Shown: one piece after another, positions 27,308 to 37,886 of the stretch
Position numbering within the stretch: the stretch's first letter is position 1
How the letters are laid out: every line of letters starts with the position of its first letter
Source: an uncultured bacterium
GTDB taxonomy: Bacteria; CSSED10-310; CAZUFC01
Assembly: GCA_964619725.1 (NCBI GenBank)
Contig: CAZUFC010000023.1
Span: 14,487 to 78,486 of the forward strand
DNA: 64,000 nt
Direction of reading: 5' to 3'
Notes under the pieces: model-generated
What the model was told of the DNA's origin: nothing
Seen by the model: only the letters and a program-made list of their open reading frames with translations
The model's database searches: none
Made by a program: the position numbers and the translations under genes

Positions 27308-28912
27308 TTGATAATGGAGAAACCCGGAGGAACGGACATCAAGTTGGAAGAGTCTCCTGCGGACGGCAGCGGGAAGATTCCGGACCCAAGAAGCAGACAA
27401 TTGGGTTTGAACAGTATTTTAATCCTCATTCTGGTCGGAGCCTCCCTTATCGTCCATTCCTTTTCTTTCCCCATTTATTTTGATGATGAGACCATCCGTT
27501 TTTTTATACTGCCGCGTGAGAACCGTTTCAATATTCCTGAATGTTTTTGGGGCAATTACGTTGATTTGCCTGTAGCGTCCAAGACGTTCAGACCTGTCGT
27601 CACGTTATCCGCATACTTTAATTATGAGATTTCCGGTTCCGATCCGATCGGCTGGCATGCCGTCAACATTTTGTTTCACCTGGCCGCGGTTATAGCATTA
27701 TATTATTTTTTGAAGAGCATTATTTCCCGGTCAGGGGCTTTTTTAACGGCCTTGTTTTTTTCCATTCACCCGTTGACGACGCAACCGATGTGGATATTGC
27801 TGGATCGCTCCGAGGTTTTCGTAGCGTTGTTCATATTGATAGGGTTGATTTTTCATCGAAAATACAGAATCCGCGGAAGCAAGATGATGCTTTTGCCGGC
27901 GTTTTTTTCTTTTTCACTGGCTTTGATGAGCAAAGAGACAGCCGTTACTTTTCCTTTATTGGCGATATTGACCGACCTGTTTTTTGAAAAGAAACGCTCG
28001 TTTTTTCGAAGGATTCTGAATTTAAGGTTTGTGTTTCCGTTTGTTTTATACTTTGCTCTGCTGGGGACATATCTTGTCTACCGTTCTGCCGTTTTTCAGG
28101 GAGTAGGCGGTTACGGGTCGCTGGAACTGTTCAATTTTTCGCATGCTTTGCCTGTGTTGCAGCAGTACCTGGAATGGATGTATCTTGTGCCGCTGAGTTC
28201 GCTGGGGTTGGGGATTATTTACATTATCGCGACCCTGATTCTTCTGGCGCCTGTCTTTCCCAAACCTATGCGATACGGCAATATCTGGATGCTCGTTGCC
28301 TTATTGCCTGTCCATAATCTTTGCCAGAAATGGTATTTGTATTTGCCGCTGATGGGATTCTGCCTTATTCCGGCTTATATTGTGGAAGGATTACGGGATA
28401 AGGGCCGCAGGCGTCTCAGAGGCAGGGAGTTTTCTTTAGGGATGGCAGCGGGCGTCGTTTTAATGGGAGTAATTATAATAAGTTATACCTGGTTAAGCGT
28501 TTCAGAATTAAAAAAACGCGATAAGGAAACCGGCGCAGCGCTCACTTTGCTCAAGAATTTTTCCACCCTTTATTCTGATGTCCCTGACGCAGCAGATATT
28601 ACGTTCCGGTTACCGAAAGGGATTAAAATGAATGAGCTGGAGGGGGAATGGTTCAATCCTAAAACATTCCGGGTGGAGAAGAATCCTTCGCCGTTGCGGG
28701 GCATAGTGAATGATCTGAACAAGACGAGATACCTGAACGGGGCGCCGGTCTTCAGCCGGCTTGTGCAGCCCCTTTTTCGATTATACTATGACGACAATGA
28801 TATTTCCGTGCGCCTGAAAGAATTCCGGGAACGAAATCCCGTTCCTTTGCGCCCTCAGAATAAACTGGAAGTTTTGATCGTCTCTAGAGAGTTGACGTTG
28901 AGGAAATATTGA
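27308..28912 (+). CDS. GT-C membrane glycosyltransferase (TMTC-like catalytic domain, no TPR)
   Basis: YFDD, FRPV, WHAVNILFH, HPL, RSE, LMSKE and YLYLP motifs are collinear with those of 8347..10659. Confidence 0.75.
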   Translation: MIMEKPGGTDIKLEESPADGSGKIPDPRSRQLGLNSILILILVGASLIVHSFSFPIYFDDETIRFFILPRENRFNIPECFWGNYVDLPVASKTFRPVVTLSAYFNYEISGSDPIGWHAVNILFHLAAVIALYYFLKSIISRSGAFLTALFFSIHPLTTQPMWILLDRSEVFVALFILIGLIFHRKYRIRGSKMMLLPAFFSFSLALMSKETAVTFPLLAILTDLFFEKKRSFFRRILNLRFVFPFVLYFALLGTYLVYRSAVFQGVGGYGSLELFNFSHALPVLQQYLEWMYLVPLSSLGLGIIYIIATLILLAPVFPKPMRYGNIWMLVALLPVHNLCQKWYLYLPLMGFCLIPAYIVEGLRDKGRRRLRGREFSLGMAAGVVLMGVIIISYTWLSVSELKKRDKETGAALTLLKNFSTLYSDVPDAADITFRLPKGIKMNELEGEWFNPKTFRVEKNPSPLRGIVNDLNKTRYLNGAPVFSRLVQPLFRLYYDDNDISVRLKEFRERNPVPLRPQNKLEVLIVSRELTLRKY

Positions 28913-30354
28913 AAGTAAGTTTTATTCATCCAAGAGTCACTAACGCTTCGGTTCCGCCGATGGGCCTGCTGATGCTGGGCAGCGTTTTAAGGCAAAAAGG
29001 TTATTCCGTTTCCATCTTCGACCCTAGGCACGGCTCGAATGACTGGCTGAAAGATTTCGAAAAAAGCGATCCTAAATTAATAGGCATAACGATATTGACG
29101 CCTCAGATTCAAAGAGCAGCTGATGTATTGAAGCAGATACGCCGTCGAATGCCGGGGATTCCTGTCATTATCGGAGGAGTGCATTGCACGGCTTTGCCGG
29201 AAATTAGTCTGCGAGCGCTTGAAGCAGACTTCGTGGCTGTAGGAGAAGGGGAAGGGATAATGACTGCCCTTTGTCGCTGCGTGTCCGGCGAAATCCCTCT
29301 TTCAGAAGTCCCCGGCATAGGGTACCTGGAAAAAGGCGAATTCAAGTTGAACGCTCCCCCTGAGCCTGTAAAATATCTGGACGAGTTGCCGTTTCCCGAC
29401 TGGGACCTGGTAAACCCCTACGATTACATCAGGGCGCCCGGTTTTATTCGCGGAGCCGTCCACAAGCGTCCTTATCCCATACTCACTTCACGCGGCTGCC
29501 CCTATTCCTGTATTTTCTGTTCAACCCATATCGTATTCGGAAACAAGCTGAGAAAGCGCTCCGTAGAACATGTTATGAATGAGATAGAATCGGCTGTTGA
29601 AAAATTCGATATCGATGCGTTGTGGTTTATGGACGATCATTTCATGAAGCCCAGGGATTGGCTGTTCGATTTCTGCGACCGGTTGAAACGGAATTTCCCT
29701 CATTTGAAATGGGGTTGCCAGGGACATGTGAATTCGGCCGACAGCGATATCCTCCAGGCAATGAAAAACGCTGGATGCGAACAGATTGAATTCGGGGTGG
29801 AATCAGGGTCACGCCGGGTACTCAAGATCATGAAAAAGGGCATCGTTCCGGACAGGGCCCTGGAAGTATTCGAGAATGCCCGTCAAATAGGCGTCAGAAC
29901 TCTGGCCAACTTCATCATTGGATTGCCCGGAGAAAGAGAAGAAGACCTTCAAGCCACCATGCGACTGGCAAAACGGATCAGGGCTTCTTTTACCGTCGCC
30001 ACATTCGCTACGCCGCTTCCAGGATCAGAACTCTACACCATAGCCCTTCGACAGGGCCTGATAAACGAGCGTCAAGCCTTCGACGAAAAATGGATCATCA
30101 AGGAAGCCAATGAGCCGTCCGTCGTCATGACACTGAACAAACAAAAACTGATCAGGTACCGCGCCCGCTTCGACAACATGTTTTTCCTGAAGAATCACAT
30201 TAACTACATCAGGAATCCCCAGATTCTGAAAAAAGTATTCCAGAGCATACTGCGGCGTCCTAAACCTGTGCTGAAGGGCGCCTTAAGGGCCGTTAAAACC
30301 GGCAGACTCGCCCACATTCCCGAAAGCATCTGGGAGAATCTGAACCTGGATTGA
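28909..30354 (+). CDS. B12-binding domain radical SAM protein
   Basis: PPMGL, IIGGVH, VGEGE, SRGCPYSCIFC and FGVESGS motifs. 4-nt overlap with the upstream gene. Confidence 0.93.
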   Translation: MKVSFIHPRVTNASVPPMGLLMLGSVLRQKGYSVSIFDPRHGSNDWLKDFEKSDPKLIGITILTPQIQRAADVLKQIRRRMPGIPVIIGGVHCTALPEISLRALEADFVAVGEGEGIMTALCRCVSGEIPLSEVPGIGYLEKGEFKLNAPPEPVKYLDELPFPDWDLVNPYDYIRAPGFIRGAVHKRPYPILTSRGCPYSCIFCSTHIVFGNKLRKRSVEHVMNEIESAVEKFDIDALWFMDDHFMKPRDWLFDFCDRLKRNFPHLKWGCQGHVNSADSDILQAMKNAGCEQIEFGVESGSRRVLKIMKKGIVPDRALEVFENARQIGVRTLANFIIGLPGEREEDLQATMRLAKRIRASFTVATFATPLPGSELYTIALRQGLINERQAFDEKWIIKEANEPSVVMTLNKQKLIRYRARFDNMFFLKNHINYIRNPQILKKVFQSILRRPKPVLKGALRAVKTGRLAHIPESIWENLNLD

Positions 30355-30501
30355 AACACGGGCTACGCTAAAGTGGAAACCATGTTTTTTTCCATAAGGA
30401 TCACGACGAAGAACAATTAATGCCCCGGTGCAGGAATAACGGGGAAGACCCGCATATCCGAAAGTCCGGCGTTAAAAGTTTACTTGCCCGCACCGTGCGG
30501 A

Positions 30502-31350
30502 TTACTCTTTGTTGTTTTCCTCATAAAGTTTAGCGGCTTTTTCGGCTGAGGTGACGATGCCCTTGATCAGGGCCGAGCTGAATCCCATGTGTTCCATAAA
30601 ATTCAATCCGGCGATAGTGCAACCCCGGGGCGTCGTAACCCTGTCGATTTCCGATTCCGGATGCCTGGCGGACTGCAACAGCAGAGCCGCTGCGCCCTTG
30701 GCGGTCTGGGCGGCCATGAATAGAGCCTCATCAGCATGAAAGCCGATTTCAATGCCTCCCTGCGAAGCTGCTCTTATGGACCTCAGGAAGAAGGCTATTC
30801 CGCAGGCGCACAGTGCTGTGGCCGCTATCATGAGCTCCTCCGGAATAATGTAGGTCCCGCCGACAAGATCGAAAAGTTCCTGCGTAATATCCAGGGCTTC
30901 CTGGGATGCGTGATTGGATGCTATGCAGGTCATAGATTCATGAATGGAAACCGCCAGATTGGGCATCACTCTTACGATTTGAATTTTTTTGCCCAGATGC
31001 TTCATTATTTCATCCGTGCAAACCCCGGATACCACGGAAATAAGTACATGACGTTTTTCATCAAGAACGGAGCCTATTTCGTTCAGCAGACCAGTCATTT
31101 CCTGCGGCGGGACTGCTGCGATGATAATATCCGATCGCCTTACAGCATCACGGTTATCCGATTGAACGACATACCCTTCCTGAGCATAAGACTCGATGAT
31201 ATGCGTGCGTCTCCTCGTCAGAATTATCCGGTCCGGGGAAAAGCGGTGAAGCTTGGTGAAACCTTTTGCCAGCGCCAGTCCGATGTTGCCGGCTCCGATA
31301 ATGGCCAGTCGTTCTGAATTTCGTTTGTTATTCTTGTTTTGTTTTTTCAT
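30502..31350 (-). CDS. proC: Pyrroline-5-carboxylate reductase
   Basis: IIGAGNIG Rossmann motif, RVMPN, and VTTPRGCTIAGL. Confidence 0.93.
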   Translation of the reverse strand: MKKQNKNNKRNSERLAIIGAGNIGLALAKGFTKLHRFSPDRIILTRRRTHIIESYAQEGYVVQSDNRDAVRRSDIIIAAVPPQEMTGLLNEIGSVLDEKRHVLISVVSGVCTDEIMKHLGKKIQIVRVMPNLAVSIHESMTCIASNHASQEALDITQELFDLVGGTYIIPEELMIAATALCACGIAFFLRSIRAASQGGIEIGFHADEALFMAAQTAKGAAALLLQSARHPESEIDRVTTPRGCTIAGLNFMEHMGFSSALIKGIVTSAEKAAKLYEENNKE

Positions 31351-31636
31351 TTGTCGTTTCCCGCTGTCGTCTCATCAGCAATAAATATCCTGGAAAAGGA
31401 CCTATAAAAAGGTCGCTGTTTGCATTTTCCGCGTTAATCATTTTACTGATTTCCGTCAATAAAGAAAATGTGCGATATGCAAAATTGCCGGGTTTTCTGA
31501 AAAAATTGCCCTCTGTACCGTGTGATGGTAATTTATTAATTCTCGCGGTGCGGGAATTAATGAGTTCGCTTCGCGCAAATGACAGGGATGAAGTTATGAA
31601 AATTCAGTTTAAAATACCGAATGACCGACAAGAATT

Positions 31637-32563
31637 ATGGCTGACTTAAGTCCGCAACAGCCTTATTTTTCTTTTAGCTCGTACCTTAAAAAAAGATTCG
31701 GCGAAAAGGTATGGCGAATACCCGTGGATGCCGGCGCTGATTGTCCTAACAGGGACGGTAAAATTTCGCATCAGGGATGTGTTTTTTGCGATAATCGTTC
31801 ATTCAATCCTTATCTGGATAGTAATATGAGTCTTACCGAACAGATAAAACAGGGAATGGAGCGTATAAGAAGCCGTCGGAAAATCAATAAGTTTCTGGTA
31901 TATTTCCAGACATATACAAATACTTACGGACCTGCGGACGAATGGGTCCGAAAATACGAAACAGCTCTGAGTTTCAAAGAAACGGTCGGTTTAATGATAG
32001 GGACCAGACCCGATTGCATACGGAAGGAAATACTGGAATATCTGCAGAAAAAAGTGAAAGAGAATAAAGAGATTTGGATTGAGTATGGATTGCAGTCTTC
32101 TCATGATCAAACTTTGGAAATAATCAACAGGGGGCATGATTACAAGACCTTCGTCGATGCTGTTTGCATGACATCCGCTTACAAAGTCAAGATCGGAGTT
32201 CACGTCATATTGGGATTGCCGGGAGAAGGCAATGAGCAGACATCGGAGACGGCACGGAGATTGGCGGGCCTGCCTGTGCATGGGATAAAGCTGCATCATC
32301 TTCATGCGGTGAAAGGCACAGAACTGGAGCGGAGATATAAGTCGGGCCGGTGGAGGCCAATATCGACGAGCGATTATCTGGAATCCGCGATAAGTTTTTT
32401 GACATTGACTCCTTCTGACCGGGTGATTTTCAGGTTGATAGGAGAGTGTCCGGAACACCTGCTGGCAGCTCCCGTGAATTTTTGGAGCAAAAACGAATTC
32501 TTACAGGCGCTGCGGAATGAGATGTTCCAAAGAGGATTAACGCAAGGCTGCCGAGTTGAATAA
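31637..32563 (+). CDS. TIGR01212 (YhcC-like) radical SAM protein
   Basis: CPNRDG...GCVFC, YFQTYTNTY, IGTRPDC, EYGLQS, INRGH and HVILGLPGE motifs. Confidence 0.93.
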   Translation: MADLSPQQPYFSFSSYLKKRFGEKVWRIPVDAGADCPNRDGKISHQGCVFCDNRSFNPYLDSNMSLTEQIKQGMERIRSRRKINKFLVYFQTYTNTYGPADEWVRKYETALSFKETVGLMIGTRPDCIRKEILEYLQKKVKENKEIWIEYGLQSSHDQTLEIINRGHDYKTFVDAVCMTSAYKVKIGVHVILGLPGEGNEQTSETARRLAGLPVHGIKLHHLHAVKGTELERRYKSGRWRPISTSDYLESAISFLTLTPSDRVIFRLIGECPEHLLAAPVNFWSKNEFLQALRNEMFQRGLTQGCRVE

Positions 32564-32663
32564 GGCCATGTAACTCATCAACCGGAGGACAGAATCTTAG
32601 GACGGCGAGACGTGAGGGTAAGGAACTGATTTCGCTTTGCCGGAAAAATAAAGAGCGACGGTA

Positions 32664-34859
32664 ATGATTTCGAAGACATTTTCAATAGATCGGACCCGAT
32701 TTTTTCCCGTAATGACCGGGCGTGACAAAAAAGTCTTATTTTTGATCCTGGCGTTTGCGGCTGCGGTAAGGATTGCGTATCTGTATGAGATCGAAGACAA
32801 TCCCTACTTTTATCATCCCATTGTGGACTGCAAAACGTATGACGAACAGGCGAGAGAGATTATTAATGAGGGAATGATAAGGGACAAGGTTTTCTGGCAG
32901 GCTCCTTTGTATCCCTATTTCTTGTCCGCTATTTACTCCATATTCGGCCGTCGGCTTCTGATGGTTCGTGTGGTGCAATTTTTGACGGGCGTGGCAGCCT
33001 GCGCACTTATGTTTGCGGCAACAGGCTTATTTTCCAGGAAACTTTCCCCGTATGCCGCATCTGTTTTCGCTTTTTACGGTCCCGTCATTTTCTTCGAAGG
33101 AGAACTCCTGGCCCCGGTGATCATCATACCTTTGTATCTTCTCCTGATCATATCGGCTCATCGTACGTTGACATTACAACAACAAAGGTCGGCTTTTTTC
33201 ACCGGATTCCTCCTGGGGACGGCCGTTATAGCTCACGGCCCTGCAGCAATGATTTTTCCTCTGCTTCTGCTTTATTTCCTGAAAAGGCATGCAACCATAT
33301 CGAAAAAGCTGATGAAAAGAACGGGCGCTTTTTTTTCTCTGGGATTCTCCTGCCTTCCCTTACTGGTTATGGCGCACAATGCTGCAGTCGGCGGAGAGCT
33401 GGTTTTCATTTCTTCAAACGCCGGCATTAATTTCTATATCGGAAATCATCCCGACTACGATTCGACTATAGGAATTCGTCCCGGCATGAAATGGCAGGCG
33501 CTCGGCCAGGAACCTCAGAAAAAAAACATAAAAAAACCGGGCGCTCAATCACGGTATTTTTTTAACAAAGCATTGAGGAATATAAAAACCGACCTGTCTG
33601 GATGGATTACCTTGATTTTAAGAAAATCCTATTTGTTTTTCAACGGTGACGAGATTCTCAGAAATCAGGATATCTATCCTTTCAGGCAATACTCAAGGGT
33701 ATTGAAAATCCTGCTTTGGAAACGATGGGGACTGGCTTTTCCGTTCGGACTGCTGGCCGGTCCGGCCCTGGCAGGTATCGCTATCACCCTCAAAAACAGA
33801 AAATTTGACCTGACCTTGCTGATCTTCACCGGACATTTCATTGGAACCATTCTCTTTTTTATTTGCTCTCGATATCGTCTGCCCGTAATTCCCGTTATGA
33901 TCATTTACGCTTGCGTCTGGGGCCGGCGCCTGATAACCGCTCTGCGTTCCGGAAAGCTCATGAAATCTGCTGCTCTCTTCATTCCAGTAACGCTTCTGAT
34001 TCTGATCTTCAATCGCGGGGTCGGACCTATGTCCAGTGAATACACGGCCGATTCTTATTTCAACCTGGCTAATGTCCGCCTGGATCAAAACAGAATAGAG
34101 GAAGCTGCCGAGCTGTTCCGGAAAGCTCTGGAACTGGACCCTGAATATGTCGAAGCATACAACAATCTGGGAATTATCTACGATCAGGAATACAGCGATT
34201 ATGACAAAGCCGTCGAATATTATAATGAGGTTTTAAAACGTTATCCGGAGGACCTGCATGCCCATATGAATTTGGGGACTGCCTATTATCGCCTTAATCG
34301 TGAGAACGAGGCCGTCAAAGAATATAAAAAAGCGCTGGAGATCAGTCCCAACAATCCGGATGCGCTTCATAACCTCGCCTATGTTTTGAAAAACTCAAAA
34401 GATAGAACCGGTAAAGCCGGAGAAACCCCTCCCGGATCAATTGGGACGCCTTTTGCTGAAGACAACCTATTAAAAGAATCTCTTTTGCAGGAGGCTGAAA
34501 CGTTGAGAACATCAGGGCGAATCCGGGAAGCGGTCAAAGTTTATCGCAGGATTCTGGAGATCGATCCTGAAGCGCATGTCGCACGTCACAACCTGGGAGT
34601 GCTGCTTTACCGGTTGAAGAATTACGATGAAGCGCAAGAACAGTTAAGACGGGTCATCGAAAAGGACCCTGGATTCATCGATGCTTATAACAGCCTGGGC
34701 GTCGTCTTCGCCGCACGCGAAAATTATAATGAAGCCCGGAAACTCTGGGATAAGGCGCTGGAATTGAATCCAGGATATGAGAAAGCCGCCGATAATCTGA
34801 AACAAATGGACGAAATGATGAGAGAGGAATTGAACGATAAAAAACGGCCAGGCGAATAA
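32664..34859 (+). CDS. GT-C (ArnT/PMT-like) glycosyltransferase with TPR repeats
   Basis: D..TYD..A, APLYPYFL, NAGINFYIGN and RYRLP motifs; multiple TMs; two C-terminal TPR blocks. Confidence 0.85.
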   Translation: MISKTFSIDRTRFFPVMTGRDKKVLFLILAFAAAVRIAYLYEIEDNPYFYHPIVDCKTYDEQAREIINEGMIRDKVFWQAPLYPYFLSAIYSIFGRRLLMVRVVQFLTGVAACALMFAATGLFSRKLSPYAASVFAFYGPVIFFEGELLAPVIIIPLYLLLIISAHRTLTLQQQRSAFFTGFLLGTAVIAHGPAAMIFPLLLLYFLKRHATISKKLMKRTGAFFSLGFSCLPLLVMAHNAAVGGELVFISSNAGINFYIGNHPDYDSTIGIRPGMKWQALGQEPQKKNIKKPGAQSRYFFNKALRNIKTDLSGWITLILRKSYLFFNGDEILRNQDIYPFRQYSRVLKILLWKRWGLAFPFGLLAGPALAGIAITLKNRKFDLTLLIFTGHFIGTILFFICSRYRLPVIPVMIIYACVWGRRLITALRSGKLMKSAALFIPVTLLILIFNRGVGPMSSEYTADSYFNLANVRLDQNRIEEAAELFRKALELDPEYVEAYNNLGIIYDQEYSDYDKAVEYYNEVLKRYPEDLHAHMNLGTAYYRLNRENEAVKEYKKALEISPNNPDALHNLAYVLKNSKDRTGKAGETPPGSIGTPFAEDNLLKESLLQEAETLRTSGRIREAVKVYRRILEIDPEAHVARHNLGVLLYRLKNYDEAQEQLRRVIEKDPGFIDAYNSLGVVFAARENYNEARKLWDKALELNPGYEKAADNLKQMDEMMREELNDKKRPGE

Positions 34860-34904
34860 ATACGAAAAACGATCCGCTTTGATCGTAAGGAAAGGAGAAT
34901 TAAA

Positions 34905-35351
34905 ATGAAAGCTGAGTTGAAACACATCGAAGGAGTCACCTGGATGGCTAAATCTGAATCGAATCACTGGCTCATTATGGACGGGCCGGTTGAATTCGGA
35001 GGACATGAAGCCGGCGTCAGACCGATGGAGGCTTTGCTCATGGGAGCTGCGGGTTGTATCGGAAGCGATGTCGCGTCAATCCTGAAAAAGAAAAGGGCCC
35101 CTCTCGACAAGATGGAAATGGAAGTCCATGCGCCCAGGGCAGAGGAGCATCCCAAGGTGTTCAAGGAAATTACATTCCACTTTATCTTTTACGGCGACGG
35201 GTTGAAAGAGAAGGACCTTGAGCGTTCAATCAGTTTGTCCCGTGAAAGGTATTGCGCTGCGACGGCCATGTTGAGCGCTGCGGTTCCCGTTCAACTGAGT
35301 TACAAGGTCATCTCTGCGGAAGGAGAACAGGAAACGAAAAAGATTTCCTGA
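34905..35351 (+). CDS. OsmC family protein (YhfA-like)
   Basis: G.RPMEALL...AGC...D, RAEEHPKVF, and LS..RYC motifs. Confidence 0.92.
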   Translation: MKAELKHIEGVTWMAKSESNHWLIMDGPVEFGGHEAGVRPMEALLMGAAGCIGSDVASILKKKRAPLDKMEMEVHAPRAEEHPKVFKEITFHFIFYGDGLKEKDLERSISLSRERYCAATAMLSAAVPVQLSYKVISAEGEQETKKIS

Positions 35352-35368
35352 ATGACTGCCGGAGCAGT

Positions 35369-36232
35369 TTACCGAAGTTCCTTTTTCAATTCTTGTAACG
35401 CTTCATCCGAATCGTCATAGAATTTCATCACGCGGTCCAGCGAAACAGAAGTGAGGATATCGCGAACCGGGGGTTGAATGGCTGCAGGAGCCAATCGTCC
35501 CTGTTTTTCACGGATGATACGGAAAATTTTCATCAGCGCGCCGATGAATGCGCTTGAAACATAAGTCACTTCCTGCATGTCGATGACCAATCCCTTATGT
35601 TTTTCAGCCGTTTCTACCAGAATATCGCGAACGGGGTCCAGAGTTTCATGGGTGATCCGCTGTTCATATAATTTAACCACAGCAACCGGCGGATCGCTTT
35701 TCACCTGAGCAGGCCCCGGGGAAGCTTTTTCAACGGTCGGCGCCGTTTTTGCCGCATCAGCCGCTGTATCTTCCGGCGCTTCTTTAGCCCGGGCTTCTTT
35801 TTGGAGGACAAGCATTACGGCGTTTCCCTCCGGATTGTAAATCAGTCTGTCCATGTAATTGTCCATGAGACGGATTCCCCGACCCTTTTCGGCCAGAAGA
35901 GCATCGGTATCGTCATACCTTGGAATATCATCATAGGAAAAACCTGCACCTTCATCTTCAATGATGGCTCCCCATTCCCGGTCGTCATGAAATACGACTA
36001 TGTGAATTTGTTTGGCAGCATTGAATTTGTTTCCGTGGATCATGGCGTTGGTCAAGGCTTCATCGAATGCCAGCTCGATCCGGGAGTCCTCCGGTTCCGC
36101 TATGCAGCCGCTCTCGTAAAGTTCGTTCATTACTCGAAAAACGATAGGGGTTTTATACGAAATATCCGTCGGGATTCTTAAGTCTAAAATCCTCTTGCCG
36201 AAAGGCTCCAGTTTCTTATCGGAAAATTTCAT
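35369..36232 (-). CDS. Fusion of an anti-sigma kinase (RsbW-like HATPase) and a STAS (RsbV-like) domain
   Basis: EALTNAMIHGN, DEGAGF and GRGI boxes; Ala/Pro linker; LVIDMQEVTYVSSAF STAS motif. ATGA overlap with the pilT stop. Confidence 0.88.
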   Translation of the reverse strand: MKFSDKKLEPFGKRILDLRIPTDISYKTPIVFRVMNELYESGCIAEPEDSRIELAFDEALTNAMIHGNKFNAAKQIHIVVFHDDREWGAIIEDEGAGFSYDDIPRYDDTDALLAEKGRGIRLMDNYMDRLIYNPEGNAVMLVLQKEARAKEAPEDTAADAAKTAPTVEKASPGPAQVKSDPPVAVVKLYEQRITHETLDPVRDILVETAEKHKGLVIDMQEVTYVSSAFIGALMKIFRIIREKQGRLAPAAIQPPVRDILTSVSLDRVMKFYDDSDEALQELKKELR

Positions 36233-37371
36233 CGCATCATCCCCCTTCTGCTTTGATGTTCGCTGCCGCTTTGCTGATAACCTGATTGCCCTTCACCCGT
36301 TCCGGATATCAGACCGGCGACCCTTAATTTTTTCAGAAGGTCATCCCGGTCTTCGGCTTTGGACAACGCTTCTTCAGGGTCGATCTCTTTCCTGAGCGCC
36401 AGACGAAGCAAAGAATCGTTCAAACATATCATGCCATGTTTGGCCCCGATCTGCATCGTGCTTGTTATCTGATAGAGTTTATGCTCCCGTATATTATTCC
36501 TTACAGCCTGCGTTGCAATCAATAATTCGAAAGCAGCGATTCTGCCGCCGCTCCTCTTTTGAAGAAGCGTCTGCGATATCACTCCTCTTAACGATGACGC
36601 GACCATGACCCTTATCTGTTCCTGTTCGTTTACGGGAAATTGGCTGATCAGGCGATCCACCGTCGAAGACGCTGTCCTGGTGTGAAGAGTCGCAAATACC
36701 AGATGTCCGGTTTCAGCCGTTTCTATCGCGGTCCTCGCCGTTTCCAAATCGCGCATCTCACCCAGCAAAACTACGTCAGGGTCCTCTCGAAAAGCTGCTC
36801 TGAGAGCTTCTGCAAACGCAGACGTGTGCGATCCCACTTCCCTTTGATTAACCAGACACTTTCGACTTTTATGAACAAATTCTATCGGGTCCTCTATCGT
36901 TATAATGTGTTCCTGCCTCGTTCGATTGATCACGTCGATCAATGCCGCTAATGTCGTTGATTTTCCCGATCCCGTCGGCCCGGTCACCAATACCAGGCCG
37001 TTCCGATGCCTGCAGAAATCAAGCGCCCTTTCCGGTATCCCCAGTTCCGCTACAGTTTGAATTACATTCGGAATCAACCGGAATACTCCGTTTACGCCGT
37101 GCATGTCCCTGAAAATGTTTACTCGAAATCGGGCTGCTTCCGGCAGATCATAGGCAAAATCCGTGTCGCCCTTTCTTTCAAATTCCTTGCGATTCGACGA
37201 AGGCATGATCTCAAATAACAGCTTTTCCGTTTCCGATGCCGGTAAGGTCTCCTCCTGCATATTCGTTATTATTCCGTTAACGCGCATCTTCGCAGGCAAA
37301 CCCGCTGACAAATGAAGATCAGAACCCGACTCACTCTTCAACAATTTTAAATATCCGTCTAATTCAGCCAC
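36229..37371 (-). CDS. pilT: Type IV pilus retraction ATPase
   Basis: SDLHL, RFRVN, GPTGSGKST, TIEDPIE, REDPD, GEMRD, TLHT and AVRNNIRE motifs. GTG start at 37371 follows AGGAG. Confidence 0.93.
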   Translation of the reverse strand: MAELDGYLKLLKSESGSDLHLSAGLPAKMRVNGIITNMQEETLPASETEKLLFEIMPSSNRKEFERKGDTDFAYDLPEAARFRVNIFRDMHGVNGVFRLIPNVIQTVAELGIPERALDFCRHRNGLVLVTGPTGSGKSTTLAALIDVINRTRQEHIITIEDPIEFVHKSRKCLVNQREVGSHTSAFAEALRAAFREDPDVVLLGEMRDLETARTAIETAETGHLVFATLHTRTASSTVDRLISQFPVNEQEQIRVMVASSLRGVISQTLLQKRSGGRIAAFELLIATQAVRNNIREHKLYQITSTMQIGAKHGMICLNDSLLRLALRKEIDPEEALSKAEDRDDLLKKLRVAGLISGTGEGQSGYQQSGSEHQSRRGMMR

Positions 37372-37886
37372 TGCTTTTACTCCTGAAAAATTTGTCGTTA
37401 CAGTTAATGTAATTTCATTCTTCATTGTTGTCAACTCATTACCTGCTGTCCGGCATTGACGCCACTCCACATAAACTCGAATCCAATTACATAATTTCGA
37501 TGCCGAACACGCGCAGGCAGGAACCTCACCAAACTCGCAACCTGGCCCTGAGCGACAGGATATCTTTTTATGAAAAATCTGAAACGCAATGTTGATTTCA
37601 GTCATTCTATCGATCATAATTTACGCAAGCAGGCTGATTGCTGCTAAAAAACGAGCTGATCACAACATACCGGCATTACACGATGGTGTTGTTCAGCATC
37701 AAAAACCGCATGAAGCGTATCAAAGAGACTTTGACTTAAAGGCTCAAACAGGTATTTCAAATTTGATAACGAGTCTTAAAGCGGTTTTCTACTCCCGATG
37801 TGGCGAGTCGCATCTTTTATCTCCGTTTGAAAACCAGCAGGCCTTTTGAAGAGTCTCTTTCGAAAATTGAAGGAAAGAAGGCAAAA

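Noticed and set aside
37372-37617. Cys-rich N-terminal extension of PilT in the ORF track
   Set aside because: PilT similarity starts at the GTG at 37371, which has an AGGAG RBS; the extension is probably untranslated open frame.
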